A DNA stretch of 64,000 nt from a phage. Positions 16,796-26,628 of the stretch are shown one piece after another. Position 1 is the stretch's first letter; each line of letters starts with the position of its first letter. The notes beneath the pieces were generated by a model. The model did not search any database, was not told where the DNA came from, and worked only from the letters and a program-made list of their open reading frames with translations. The stretch lies in the sequence record PV357172.2. The stretch is one strand, 5' to 3'. The translations under genes and the position numbers were made by a program.

Positions 16796-17087
16796 GTTTA
16801 TTATTGCACTGATGATCTCCGCAGTTAGTTTCGGTTCTCTGGCATCTACCAAAGTTTCTATGAAAAATGGTAATGTTAAAGTCCAACAGAACGGCATTAT
16901 TACTGAGTATGGTAAAGTTCGTGATGTTAAGGAACGTAACGGCAGAGTAGAAATATATACTAATAAAAACTTCTCTACTCCGGCTGTTACTGTTAGCAAA
17001 CGTGGTGAGATAACTACTCAACGTACTAATAGCTCTAGTTCTTTTACTTGTCGTTATGATTGCGACTTTGAAGGTGAAGATGAATAA
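16788..17087 (+). CDS. small secreted protein (signal peptide)
   Basis: ATG 16788 overlaps the previous stop; N-terminal MNKFIIALMISAVSFGSLA signal-like sequence. Confidence 0.5.
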   Translation: MNKFIIALMISAVSFGSLASTKVSMKNGNVKVQQNGIITEYGKVRDVKERNGRVEIYTNKNFSTPAVTVSKRGEITTQRTNSSSSFTCRYDCDFEGEDE

Positions 17088-17475
17088 TTTAGATCCTAGA
17101 ATTAAATTTGCAATTACAGAAATCCAAGATCAAATTGATGAGGATTTCACTGTTTGGTCAAGGTCTGGTAATGGAGAATATTGCCAGCTTTATAGCATGA
17201 AAATGGGTATCTCAATTGAGCTTAATATCAACTCTGAAGGTAGAGTAGAAGCCCAACCCATGTTCAGTGTTCCAGGCTTCTCTGGGTTTGTTGCGGGTAT
17301 GAAATTATGCCTACCAAATAACCATCTTCATCGAGTTATTTGTCAGCTAGAGACTATTAAGCATTTCTTGCCAGAAGATAATATTAATGACTACTATCAT
17401 GAAGTTGTAGCAGCTCATATGATGAAAGAATGCAAACGTCGGAGAGAAGAGCGTGAAAAAGCTAAACATCAATAG
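17080..17475 (+). CDS. hypothetical protein
   Basis: ATG 17080 with AAGGTGAAG SD; overlaps the previous stop. Confidence 0.45.
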   Translation: MNNLDPRIKFAITEIQDQIDEDFTVWSRSGNGEYCQLYSMKMGISIELNINSEGRVEAQPMFSVPGFSGFVAGMKLCLPNNHLHRVICQLETIKHFLPEDNINDYYHEVVAAHMMKECKRRREEREKAKHQ

Positions 17476-17749
17476 CACAGTGCAGATTCCAGCAACTAAG
17501 GACATCTTAACATTCCTGCGTAGTGAGAATGCACAATTTTGGCATGATCATGTTACAAAGAATGGTAGCACTCCAGATGTAGTTGCCTTTGCTAAAAAAC
17601 GTATCGAGGAGTATAAAGATCCAGAGATTAAAGATGGCATGATTACTATGCAGTTGTGGGTAGCTATGCAAACTTTTGGCCCCACCATGTGTTTAGGAAA
17701 TACTCCATTATTTACAAATATTTTAATTAATGAAAAGGATCTGAAATGA
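17453..17749 (+). CDS. hypothetical protein (98 aa)
   Basis: Track ORF, translationally coupled to neighbours. Confidence 0.45.
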   Translation: MKKLNINSTVQIPATKDILTFLRSENAQFWHDHVTKNGSTPDVVAFAKKRIEEYKDPEIKDGMITMQLWVAMQTFGPTMCLGNTPLFTNILINEKDLK

Positions 17750-18030
17750 TTGTTTCTCCATTTGCTCTTTGGTTCGTCATTGGATCTGTGGTTGCTATTT
17801 ACAGTCTAATAGATGATTTATTCATCTCCAAGAATAAAGATGTAATATTATACGTTATACATAAAACTCGACCGTTAGATCTGCCACCTCTTGATGACAA
17901 AACATTACTCAGATGTGCTAGATCTGTGATATTTATTGTGGATATTCTTCTAGGCCCAACATCTGTGTTTTTCTTTTATAGAAAAACTCGTAATATGAAA
18001 AAATTTAAAGCTGAAATGCAGAATACTTAA
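17746..18030 (+). CDS. small membrane protein
   Basis: Two hydrophobic segments. Confidence 0.45.
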   Translation: MIVSPFALWFVIGSVVAIYSLIDDLFISKNKDVILYVIHKTRPLDLPPLDDKTLLRCARSVIFIVDILLGPTSVFFFYRKTRNMKKFKAEMQNT

Positions 18031-18140
18031 AGAACTCGCGTAGGACCGAGTTGCGTCACCTGCAACTGTTACGGATAAGGGAGTCGTGCCCCTTAGTGCG
18101 GTAAGTGGTGAGGTGGCTGCTAGCCCTAACTGGAGATAAT

Positions 18141-18485
18141 ATGACTATATTACTAATTCTTGTTACAACTTGGTTTTTAATCGGTGCTGGATATGCAATA
18201 GCTATTATTAGACATTTGGATGAACATTCTGCTGAATGGTTTGTTAAATATCTACGCATTGATGATCAAGAACAGAAGTTTAAAGATGAAAAGCAGAAAA
18301 AAGCAGTAAATAATATGACAGCCAAAGAATGCTTGTTCTACATGCGTATTGTAGGGTTCTTTGGACTATTAGTTGCTGGCCCAATTGGTTCTACCATTGC
18401 TCCATATAAAGAAACAGTTGCTGACATCAAGTTGTGGAGAAATGCAGGGGTACTACGCAAAGCTAGAGAAACTAATATTACATAA
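18141..18485 (+). CDS. small membrane protein
   Basis: ATG 18141 after GGAG; hydrophobic helices. Confidence 0.45.
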   Translation: MTILLILVTTWFLIGAGYAIAIIRHLDEHSAEWFVKYLRIDDQEQKFKDEKQKKAVNNMTAKECLFYMRIVGFFGLLVAGPIGSTIAPYKETVADIKLWRNAGVLRKARETNIT

Positions 18486-18579
18486 GATTGACACTAAGTC
18501 AGCTTACTAGCAAAAGCAAATAATGACAAAGCCCAGCCTGCACTTTTGCGACTGGGCTATTTTTATAATAAAATTTTAG

Positions 18580-18608
18580 TTGCTTAGATGCCCAAACTTT
18601 TGTATAAT
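18580..18608 (+). promoter_or_regulatory. sigma70-like early promoter
   Basis: TTGCTT 18580-18585, TATAAT 18603-18608, preceded by a terminator hairpin. Confidence 0.6.
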
Positions 18609-18639
18609 ATGTTTATAGATTGAGGCAAGAGGATTAAAT

Positions 18640-19338
18640 ATGAGGATTATTTCTAAGTTCGCCGATGTGTATGATTTGCAGAACAGTTTGTTCGACCCAG
18701 ATCGTGTGTGGGAACGTAAAACTGAGGAGTTGCTGGTTAAAGTAACCGATGATGCAGAAAAGAATATTGTGCATACTCGCCAGGTATTTCGTGATGGTTC
18801 GCTATCTTTCCGTGGTGATTTCGAATACTTCGTAAACCCCCTATTTGTTGCAGGTGAAGTTTACTGGTTACATGAGCTGTACTGCTGGCATCCAGCATTT
18901 AGCTTCAAAACGTTCGACCTCGACACTATGTTCGATAAAATGGAAGAGATGGGATTGCATGCTCGCTCTTACTTAATGGATAAGAGTCGTGGAGATGTTC
19001 GTGAAACAATGCGTGATCTGCTCGCTGAAGCAAAACCTAAAGCAGAACGTATCTTATCCGAACTGCGTGTACCGATTGCATATGTGAAAGGTATTAAAAA
19101 GAACGATAACGATGATGTTCGTAACTTCGTAATTCAGACTAACATTCGTTTCCATCAGTCCGGTATTCCGTGGCAGGAAATTGAAAGTAACTTATACCGT
19201 TTACACCAAGTTCTCGAACAGTATATCTTCGGTGTACTAGGAACTGGTGAGCCTGATATGATTAAAGTATCAGATAAAGACAGGTTAGCAGCGCATGGAT
19301 TTGATACAAAAACTTCTTTCAGGAATATGGCACGGTAA
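18640..19338 (+). CDS. hypothetical protein (232 aa)
   Basis: Track ORF with GAGG SD. Confidence 0.55.
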   Translation: MRIISKFADVYDLQNSLFDPDRVWERKTEELLVKVTDDAEKNIVHTRQVFRDGSLSFRGDFEYFVNPLFVAGEVYWLHELYCWHPAFSFKTFDLDTMFDKMEEMGLHARSYLMDKSRGDVRETMRDLLAEAKPKAERILSELRVPIAYVKGIKKNDNDDVRNFVIQTNIRFHQSGIPWQEIESNLYRLHQVLEQYIFGVLGTGEPDMIKVSDKDRLAAHGFDTKTSFRNMAR

Positions 19339-19744
19339 GTGGTATATCCTGGGAGCAGGTCTAGCGATAGGCATCGGGTTCGGTGCTTATCACTTAGTAG
19401 ATAAAGTGGAGACTTTAGCAGGAGATCTTGCGGTAGCTACTAAAAAGATTTCTTCTCTAGAGACTTCCCTCAATAAGGTGAAAGCTGAAAGCGAACTTCG
19501 TGAGACTAGAATGAATCAGTATTTCACAATGAATAATATTTTGCAAGCAGATCTAGACAAAAAGATTAAGCAGTTAGACAAAGCTCTTAGTCGCCAAGAT
19601 ATTATAGCTGCAAAGCCTGGATTGGTAACATTAATTGCTAAAAAGCAGAGTAAAGAGTTCGAGGAAAGATTAGCGTGTTTAACTGGAAACTTGGAATACT
19701 GCTCGCAGCCGCAATCACAATCACAGGCTGTGCAGAAGAAATAA
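19295..19744 (+). CDS. membrane-anchored coiled-coil protein; i-spanin candidate
   Basis: N-terminal TM helix (WYILGAGLAIGIGFGAY) followed by a long coiled coil. Confidence 0.4.
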   Translation: MDLIQKLLSGIWHGKWYILGAGLAIGIGFGAYHLVDKVETLAGDLAVATKKISSLETSLNKVKAESELRETRMNQYFTMNNILQADLDKKIKQLDKALSRQDIIAAKPGLVTLIAKKQSKEFEERLACLTGNLEYCSQPQSQSQAVQKK

Positions 19745-20028
19745 AACCAGAGCCATCTCATGAGTTAAAGCAAGCTCATGTAGACTGGCCTAAAGGACTT
19801 CAGCCTTGTAGCTTTGATTTCAAATTCGAAAAGAAATTAGCTACAAATGGCGAAGATGGCGTAGTAGTTGTTGTACCATATAAAGATTGGAATGCAAAAG
19901 CAAAATGTGAGGAAGCAGTTTACTCTTACATTTCACGACTGACTGGTATGGTCTGCTTCTATCGTCAAGATTTACAAGAAAAACGTTGCTTAGTTTACTA
20001 TCCACCCATTACAAATAGGAAAGATTAA
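19675..20028 (+). CDS. lipoprotein; o-spanin candidate
   Basis: Signal peptide with lipobox ITGC; gene overlaps the 3' end of the preceding gene in another frame. Confidence 0.4.
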   Translation: MFNWKLGILLAAAITITGCAEEIKPEPSHELKQAHVDWPKGLQPCSFDFKFEKKLATNGEDGVVVVVPYKDWNAKAKCEEAVYSYISRLTGMVCFYRQDLQEKRCLVYYPPITNRKD

Positions 20029-20699
20029 TGTCAGTATTAGTCGGTTTACATGGTGAAGCTGGTTCGGGAAAAGATACCGTTGCAAAATTAATTATCGATT
20101 GGTGTAATGACACGTATCCAACGTGTTTACCCCGTCGTTACAGTTTTGCTAAGCCCGTTTATGAACTTGCATCCGTAATCCTCGGTGTAACTCCAGAGTT
20201 TCTAGGAGAGCGCAGGGGAAAAGAGATTGATCAATGGTTTACGGTCACACAATCTCAATTGGAGCGAGCCAGAGATGTGTGGTTTAAGTACGGTATCGAT
20301 AAGTTTGAAGACTTCTCGTACGTTTGGCCTATTTTTGAGGAAAAATATCTTAATCCCCAACAACTTATCTCAGAGAGTAAAGAAGACGGACTTTATAGTT
20401 TATTTATTTCTCCGAGAAAAATGTTACAGCTCGTAGGAACAGAGCTAGGAAGGCAGCTGGTGCATGAACGCATTTGGCTCATAATTCTGGAGCAATCCAT
20501 CGCTAAAGACGACCCAGACGTCGCCGTAATAACAGATGTTAGATTCCCCAATGAAGGAAAGCTACTCAGAGAAACAAACCATTTAGATATGGATTCTTTG
20601 ATAGTAAATGTAGTACCGCTGAGCAGAAGTTTACTATTAAATCAGATCATCCATCTGAAAGTGGTATTCCTGCAAATATATTACTCACGAATTAGTTAA
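20028..20699 (+). CDS. P-loop kinase, dNMP kinase-like
   Basis: Walker A GLHGEAGSGKDT at the N-terminus. Confidence 0.5.
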   Translation: MSVLVGLHGEAGSGKDTVAKLIIDWCNDTYPTCLPRRYSFAKPVYELASVILGVTPEFLGERRGKEIDQWFTVTQSQLERARDVWFKYGIDKFEDFSYVWPIFEEKYLNPQQLISESKEDGLYSLFISPRKMLQLVGTELGRQLVHERIWLIILEQSIAKDDPDVAVITDVRFPNEGKLLRETNHLDMDSLIVNVVPLSRSLLLNQIIHLKVVFLQIYYSRIS

Positions 20700-20790
20700 T
20701 AAATTCGATGGTATCAATAACCTTAAACTAGAAGTTTATAACTTCTGTGACTTAGAGCTAGAACCACTAGTTGGATAATCAAGGATCGCT

Positions 20791-21390
20791 ATGACTAATA
20801 AAAAAGAAGAAAAGACTAACCTGTTTCACTCCATTCGCCAATCTAACGAGTATACCTTTTTCTTTGATGAAGAGTTAGGCCCGCCGGATGAATACCGTGA
20901 TTTATCAATGGTACTTATGCAGGCACATGAGGACGACGAAATTAATCTGATGATTAATGGCCCGGGTGGTTATGTTGATACTGCTGCACAGTTATCTAAC
21001 TTAATTGCTAATTGCCGTGGAACAGTTATAGGACACCTGATTGGTCCTAGTGCTTCTGCTTACTGCACAATTTTCCTATCCTGTCATGGATGGGTAGTAC
21101 ATCCACATGCTACGCTAATGGGACACACGTTCTCTGGCGGATTCTGTGAGAAGGGTCAAGAAATCAAGAAAGCCTATGAATCTTACAACAAGTTCGTAGA
21201 AGATATGATGCTAGATGTCTACTATCCGTTCTTCTCAATAGACGAAATCGACGAGATGGTAAAAGACAACAAAAATATCTATCTAGATAGCAAAGAAATC
21301 CATAAGCGTATTGAAATCTTGGCAAAATATCGATCTGAGCAATATAATAAAGCCCAGTTACCTCAATCAGAGGAGCATAACGAAGAGTAA
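20791..21390 (+). CDS. ClpP-like serine protease
   Basis: INGPGG...AAQ...GHLIGPSASAY resembles the ClpP active-site region. Confidence 0.5.
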   Translation: MTNKKEEKTNLFHSIRQSNEYTFFFDEELGPPDEYRDLSMVLMQAHEDDEINLMINGPGGYVDTAAQLSNLIANCRGTVIGHLIGPSASAYCTIFLSCHGWVVHPHATLMGHTFSGGFCEKGQEIKKAYESYNKFVEDMMLDVYYPFFSIDEIDEMVKDNKNIYLDSKEIHKRIEILAKYRSEQYNKAQLPQSEEHNEE

Positions 21391-21400
21391 GTAATTTTAA

Positions 21401-21431
21401 GCCAGGGTTTAACGACCCTGGCTTTTCTTTT
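21401..21431 (+). terminator. rho-independent terminator
   Basis: GCCAGGGTTTAACGACCCTGGC hairpin followed by a T-run. Confidence 0.65.
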
Positions 21432-21546
21432 ATCTAAAATTCTTCTTGACAACGACAAAATTTTATGCTCCAGAAGTGATCTTTAAAAACACATTGTAAT
21501 TTTCCTCCAAAATTAGTATAATGGTACTGGTTAGAGGAGGTTACAA

Positions 21547-22203
21547 TTGGAAAAGTTCTTACAATTATTAACGGTACTGCTCCAAGAAGCGAAAGATCCA
21601 GCATCGCTTCTTAAACGTCTGCTAACTATCTTAGTTGCTGTCATTATTTTCTTATTTGTTAGTAATACTAGCGAGGTGATGTCATTCTTAAAGACTTTCT
21701 CCACGTCTGCGGTTCTACAGGATGTTCAAACTCAAAGGATAGATAACTTTCCTAATGTAGCTAGAGAAAAGAGCATGGTACTTTTTTCTCAAACGGGTGC
21801 GGATGCTGTTTTTGTCGTCAAGTATAAACCAGATGCTATTAATGATTATTCTAACATTATTGCATGGGAAAGCAATGCGCAATTAGATAGGGCTGACTTG
21901 GCCGATAAAGCGGTAAATAAAACGTCTGAGCTATATAGACGTCACTTGGAGGGCTTTAACTACGCATCGGATTTAAGTGTAAAAGTAAATAAATACATGG
22001 GGTTAAATATACCTGCGTTTAAGAACGTTACTTTTAATTACATATACACTTGTCCGTATTTCAATCTAAACAATATCTATGCTGGATATATTGGTATTGC
22101 TTGGAAAGATAACCCTGTAGATGCAGCCGATTCTGAGAAATTTAAGGAATATTTAACAAAGCTCTGTTCACCACAACAGAGATCTTTAGGTAGATCAATA
22201 TGA
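21547..22203 (+). CDS. holin (218 aa)
   Basis: TTG start 7 nt after GGAGG; N-terminal TM helix; immediately upstream of and overlapping the endolysin gene. Confidence 0.55.
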   Translation: MEKFLQLLTVLLQEAKDPASLLKRLLTILVAVIIFLFVSNTSEVMSFLKTFSTSAVLQDVQTQRIDNFPNVAREKSMVLFSQTGADAVFVVKYKPDAINDYSNIIAWESNAQLDRADLADKAVNKTSELYRRHLEGFNYASDLSVKVNKYMGLNIPAFKNVTFNYIYTCPYFNLNNIYAGYIGIAWKDNPVDAADSEKFKEYLTKLCSPQQRSLGRSI

Positions 22204-22613
22204 GTTTTAAATTTGGTAAAAATAGCGAAAAACAATTAGCTACCGTTAAGCCAGAGCTACAAAAAGTAGCTCGTAGAGCTTTAGAATTATCTCCATATGA
22301 TTTCACGATCGTACAAGGTATTCGTACAGTAGCACAAAGTGCCCAGAATATTGCTAATGGTACTTCATTTTTAAAAGATCCTAGTAAAAGTAAGCATATT
22401 ACTGGGGATGCCCTTGATTTTGCTCCATACATTAATGGCAAAATTGATTGGAATGACTTAGAAGCATTTTGGGCAGTTAAAAAGGCTTTTGAACAGGCCG
22501 GTAAAGAACTAGGCGTTAAACTTCGTTTTGGTGCTGATTGGAATGCTTCGGGAGATTATCACGATGAAATAAAACGTGGTACCTATGATGGCGGTCATGT
22601 CGAACTAGTTTAA
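22200..22613 (+). CDS. lys: endolysin, L-alanyl-D-glutamate peptidase (M15-type)
   Basis: 137 aa; sequence (MSFKFGKNSEKQ...DGGHVELV) matches the T5 endolysin as I recall it. Confidence 0.85.
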   Translation: MSFKFGKNSEKQLATVKPELQKVARRALELSPYDFTIVQGIRTVAQSAQNIANGTSFLKDPSKSKHITGDALDFAPYINGKIDWNDLEAFWAVKKAFEQAGKELGVKLRFGADWNASGDYHDEIKRGTYDGGHVELV

Positions 22614-22624
22614 TTAATAACTGA

Positions 22625-22647
22625 GGCGGGAATACTCCCGCCTTTTT
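22625..22647 (+). terminator. rho-independent terminator
   Basis: GGCGGGAATACTCCCGCC hairpin followed by TTTTT. Confidence 0.65.
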
Positions 22648-22690
22648 AGGCAAAGGGGGCTTTAATAATTTTTAAAGATAGGAGAAAGCC

Positions 22691-23107
22691 ATGTTTGCAG
22701 AACTATTCACTATGATGCTGCTAGGTATCTGGAAAATAAGTCTAGTAGTATTCGTTTTAATGATAGTCTTTACTATCCTTGCATTAACTACCCGAAATAG
22801 CTTATTAATAAAGGTTATTCACGGACTAGAGTATATAATTATGGGTTCATTCGGCGTTTGTAAATGCAATTGCCATAGAGATACGAAATATTGTTGGTTA
22901 TGGATGGAACTAGAGAATCCTATATCCATAGCTTTGGCTGTTTCATTCGGTATGATTCTTATGGCCCTTACTCTAGCATTAATACCTTTGATGTTAGCTG
23001 GGGGAGTTACAGCGTATTTCACCCTTTTCTCCCCGATACTTATGTACTCAATTTACCCAATAACTATGTATCTAGTTAGGAAAAGATTTATACATGCAGT
23101 AGATTAA
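22691..23107 (+). CDS. polytopic membrane protein (138 aa)
   Basis: Four hydrophobic segments; downstream of the lysis genes. Confidence 0.5.
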   Translation: MFAELFTMMLLGIWKISLVVFVLMIVFTILALTTRNSLLIKVIHGLEYIIMGSFGVCKCNCHRDTKYCWLWMELENPISIALAVSFGMILMALTLALIPLMLAGGVTAYFTLFSPILMYSIYPITMYLVRKRFIHAVD

Positions 23108-23120
23108 GATAAAAAAGTAG

Positions 23121-23149
23121 TTGACTTTTAGCCCTAGTTATTATATAAT
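23121..23149 (+). promoter_or_regulatory. sigma70-like early promoter
   Basis: TTGACT 23121-23126, TATAAT 23144-23149, 17-bp spacer. Confidence 0.6.
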
Positions 23150-23182
23150 ATATACATAAATTAGTTAAGAGAGGTATATATT

Positions 23183-23614
23183 ATGTCTGATCGTTTCTAT
23201 ACTCAAATGGCGGAACATTTTCGTATACCACATTACGAGCTAAACATTGCACTCCGTGATCATGACTCTCCTGAGTACAAAAAGCTCGAAAAGAAAGCGG
23301 AAAAATCTATTGATACAAAGGTAGGTGCATCTATGTCTAAGGGCAAAAAGTTAACTCGTCTTGATCTTAATAAAATTTTAACTGAACTTTTGGGTACTGA
23401 TATTGAAGGTGCTAAATTACCGCTTCTTGTACTAGAGACTATGATTAAAAAGGTCAAAAATAAAGAGTATAAAAAGGTAGAAGTCCCAGAAGGCAGATTG
23501 AAAGCTCCTTATCAGGAGGCATTAACCGAGTGTTTGGGTGTAAATCTTGATCTAAGCACCGCAACCGTAAAAACTATGAGAAACTTCTTAGAGGCCATTA
23601 ATAACTATGAGTAA
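23183..23614 (+). CDS. hypothetical protein (143 aa)
   Basis: Track ORF with GAGAGG SD. Confidence 0.5.
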   Translation: MSDRFYTQMAEHFRIPHYELNIALRDHDSPEYKKLEKKAEKSIDTKVGASMSKGKKLTRLDLNKILTELLGTDIEGAKLPLLVLETMIKKVKNKEYKKVEVPEGRLKAPYQEALTECLGVNLDLSTATVKTMRNFLEAINNYE

Positions 23615-23897
23615 ATTAGTATATCTATTAAAAGGTTCCACCTGTAACCCGTGTAAACTTTTCGAGCCAGTATTTGATAAAGTAGTCAATGAATATAATT
23701 TGGAAGTCCATAAAGAGACTGATAATACAGAATTAATGCAGAAATTTGGCGTACGCCAAGTTCCTGTAGTAGTTCTGGCGGATCGCTTACCTAATGGTCG
23801 AGTAGAAGCTAATCATATTTTGATTGGACGTCAGCTTCGTAAAGAAACTATGCACGAAGCTATTAAAAATTTCCTGGATGATAATCCAGAGGATTAA
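23607..23897 (+). CDS. thioredoxin/glutaredoxin-like protein (CxxC)
   Basis: CNPC redox-type motif near the N-terminus; 96 aa. Confidence 0.5.
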   Translation: MSKLVYLLKGSTCNPCKLFEPVFDKVVNEYNLEVHKETDNTELMQKFGVRQVPVVVLADRLPNGRVEANHILIGRQLRKETMHEAIKNFLDDNPED

Positions 23898-23902
23898 TAA
23901 AC

Positions 23903-23936
23903 CAAGCCTGATCTTAGCGGATCAGGCTTTTATTTT
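23903..23936 (+). terminator. rho-independent terminator
   Basis: AAGCCTGATC...GATCAGGCTT hairpin followed by a T-run. Confidence 0.65.
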
Positions 23937-23938
23937 AC

Positions 23939-23967
23939 TTGCTTTCAGCTAAAAATTTTGGTATAAT
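23939..23967 (+). promoter_or_regulatory. sigma70-like early promoter
   Basis: TTGCTT 23939-23944, TATAAT 23962-23967. Confidence 0.55.
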
Positions 23968-23994
23968 ACTTATATAAATTGATAGGAGGATTAA

Positions 23995-24240
23995 ATGTTA
24001 GCGGAACAAGCAAAACGTTTAGCTAGGATAAATAGAGCCGCGTCCCTCAAGAGCCGAAAGAAAACGTATAGATGGGTTAAGCGGAGGATAGTATCTTCTG
24101 TCGAGATTGGAGGTTCTTTTGTACAGCTTAATCGTGACGAAATTAGTTATGAAGCTATAAAAGCCCTCAATAAAGAGGGTTATACTCTCAAACTATCAAA
24201 TAATTATGGTACAACTATTTTAAATGTTATTTGGGAATAA
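23995..24240 (+). CDS. hypothetical protein (81 aa)
   Basis: Track ORF with GGAGG SD. Confidence 0.45.
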   Translation: MLAEQAKRLARINRAASLKSRKKTYRWVKRRIVSSVEIGGSFVQLNRDEISYEAIKALNKEGYTLKLSNNYGTTILNVIWE

Positions 24241-24242
24241 TT

Positions 24243-25106
24243 ATGAAAAAAGAATTTAATGTGCATAAAACACTAGTAGTACCTGATGATGTTAACTTAT
24301 TCTTTGTTGGTGATATTCATGGATGCAACGATTTACTAGAAGATGCACTACAATTAGCTGGCTATAACGGCAAGAAAGATTGCGTTGTATGCGTGGGAGA
24401 TTTAATTGATCGAGGCACGCAGAACCTACAAGTTTTAGCCAAATTCCTGTATAATCCACGCTTTATCAGTGTACGTGGTAATCATGACCAATTTATGATT
24501 GTGGGAGATTGGGCTAACTGGATGTATAACGGTGGTATGTGGGCCATGAATGAACTAGATGCAGATACCATTAAAAATATTGCTGAAGACATGGCTGAAA
24601 AAATGCCAGTATTTCTGACTGTATTGCATCGTGGTAAAAAGTATGGTGTTGTTCATGGTGGTGTACCTTTTACGTACAAAGAATGCGGTAACGAAGTAGA
24701 AACCCCAGTATGGGATAGCCTTATTGCACAAGTAGAAGCAGCTAAGGAAGACCCACATGACCATCCTGGATACCATGTTGAGCCATACTTATGGGATCGA
24801 GATGTAATCCAAGAAATAGGTTTTCACTTAGCTAAAAATGGTGAAGAACACTCACATTTCCAGCGTTATGCAGGGTTTAAAGAGAAATACATGGTAGAAG
24901 TACCTCCGGTTAATGGAGTAGACTTTGTATTTCATGGGCATACCGGAGTACCTTACCCGATTTTATACCAGAACCGTGTTTACCTAGATACTGGCGGTGT
25001 TTTCAACGGGCAGTTGACGGTTGCGCAGGTTAACGATGAAACTGGCAAAATCACCACATTTACCACAGACAAAAATGATAGCTGCGGTGTACAGAGGATC
25101 CTTTAA
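24243..25106 (+). CDS. serine/threonine protein phosphatase (calcineurin-like)
   Basis: GDIHGC, GDLIDRG and GNHD metallophosphatase motifs in the canonical order. Confidence 0.7.
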   Translation: MKKEFNVHKTLVVPDDVNLFFVGDIHGCNDLLEDALQLAGYNGKKDCVVCVGDLIDRGTQNLQVLAKFLYNPRFISVRGNHDQFMIVGDWANWMYNGGMWAMNELDADTIKNIAEDMAEKMPVFLTVLHRGKKYGVVHGGVPFTYKECGNEVETPVWDSLIAQVEAAKEDPHDHPGYHVEPYLWDRDVIQEIGFHLAKNGEEHSHFQRYAGFKEKYMVEVPPVNGVDFVFHGHTGVPYPILYQNRVYLDTGGVFNGQLTVAQVNDETGKITTFTTDKNDSCGVQRIL

Positions 25107-25393
25107 TGAATGATAGAATGAAAGAAGTACAAGAAGAATTACGAGCAATGCGTATTGATGCCCTTCGTTGGAGGGCATTAGTTAATGCTTTCGTCAAAGG
25201 AGATACCGGAGTAATATATTCTGGAATAGCAGTCAATTTTTGTTTTAATTCTCCTGCTGAAATAGAGATAGAAACAAGGCTTACTACCTACCTTAATGAG
25301 GTAGACCTTAAGGAAGGAGAGACTCCCGAGGAGTTTAAAACTAGAGTATTAACTACCTGGGTTGATAATTTAATACAAAAAAGGAGTAAGTGA
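25106..25393 (+). CDS. hypothetical protein (95 aa)
   Basis: Track ORF, translationally coupled. Confidence 0.45.
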   Translation: MNDRMKEVQEELRAMRIDALRWRALVNAFVKGDTGVIYSGIAVNFCFNSPAEIEIETRLTTYLNEVDLKEGETPEEFKTRVLTTWVDNLIQKRSK

Positions 25394-25983
25394 TGAAGGT
25401 TAAATTCTGGTCAGACTTGCACTTAGACCACCCTGGAGCACTACGTTTCCGTCCGTGGTTTAAGAACATGAAAGAGCACGATGAGTATATTCTAGATACT
25501 TTGTCCAAGCATATTGGTAAACGAACAAAACTTATTTTGCTAGGAGATATTGCAGTAGGTCGTGAAGGTCTGGCCAAATTAAAGTCGGTTATCCACAATG
25601 TCCCTAATCAACTCATTATGGGTAATCATGATGCGGAGCGTCAAGGACTGAGTATTAGGGACTTAGCGGAAGTTTATGATGATATTCAGGCTCTAGGTAA
25701 ACAGACTGGAGGTGGCAAAAAGTTTTGGCTATCTCACTGCCCTTTGCATCCCAATGAACTTCGTGGCAAACTAAATATTCATGGACACGTACATACTACT
25801 TCTCTACGTGATCCACGTTATATCAATGTTTCATTTGAAATGAGTAAAACTCCAATTCCTCTAGAGGATATTGTGTCTGGTAAGTTTACTAGCTATGATA
25901 AAGTAGTTAATTGTACTACCGGCGAGGTATTACAAATAGGGGAAGACGTAGCTGCTGTATTACGTGGGGATATAAATGTCTGA
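25393..25983 (+). CDS. metallophosphoesterase
   Basis: GDIAVG, MGNHD and HGHVH motifs. Confidence 0.6.
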   Translation: MKVKFWSDLHLDHPGALRFRPWFKNMKEHDEYILDTLSKHIGKRTKLILLGDIAVGREGLAKLKSVIHNVPNQLIMGNHDAERQGLSIRDLAEVYDDIQALGKQTGGGKKFWLSHCPLHPNELRGKLNIHGHVHTTSLRDPRYINVSFEMSKTPIPLEDIVSGKFTSYDKVVNCTTGEVLQIGEDVAAVLRGDINV

Positions 25984-26091
25984 GTATATAGCTGAGGCTA
26001 TTATTAAACGAATCATACAAGCGATAGCAATACTTATAATCATTTGTATTGCTATTGGTACAGGATTAGGCATTTTAATTAAAAGTTTTAT

Positions 26092-26120
26092 TTGCTAAAA
26101 TGCTTAAGTTTCTGTATAAT
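26092..26120 (+). promoter_or_regulatory. sigma70-like early promoter
   Basis: TTGCTA 26092-26097, TATAAT 26115-26120. Confidence 0.6.
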
Positions 26121-26150
26121 TACTTTATAAATTGATGAGAAGGAATCAAA

Positions 26151-26582
26151 ATGAACAAAGTTGATAAAGCTCTAGTTTTCGCAGCAGCAGATAAGTTTGA
26201 ACAAGTTAAGGCAACTTTCCGAACCTTGTTCCAGTCTTACGTTCAGGATAAGTCTAATCCTATCTCTGAACGTTTGATGGTCTGGGAATGTCATGCTTGC
26301 AATGCCCTATTAATTGCGGATTATCGTAGCGATATAGATAAAGATCTGTGCGAAATTCTTATCGCTGAGGAGGCAGAACGTTATCAGTTAATCTCTTTCC
26401 AAGATTTGGCGGAGCATATCATTCCTGATGATCTTTGGGATAAATACTACGGTGATCCTGAGGACGAAGGATTGACTCCAGAAGCCTGTATTGAGCTAAT
26501 CTGCAAAGATCATCCTGAAATTGCAGAGAAATTTGAAAAAGTTTTTGCTTCTGAGTTCTCCGGCGTTGTTAACGATTGGTAA
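26151..26582 (+). CDS. hypothetical protein (143 aa)
   Basis: Track ORF after conserved GATGAGAAGG leader. Confidence 0.5.
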   Translation: MNKVDKALVFAAADKFEQVKATFRTLFQSYVQDKSNPISERLMVWECHACNALLIADYRSDIDKDLCEILIAEEAERYQLISFQDLAEHIIPDDLWDKYYGDPEDEGLTPEACIELICKDHPEIAEKFEKVFASEFSGVVNDW

Positions 26583-26599
26583 GTAATTAAAAAATTCAG

Positions 26600-26628
26600 T
26601 TGCTTTAAGCCTTAAAATTCTGTATAAT
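26600..26628 (+). promoter_or_regulatory. sigma70-like early promoter
   Basis: TTGCTT 26600-26605, TATAAT 26623-26628. Confidence 0.6.
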
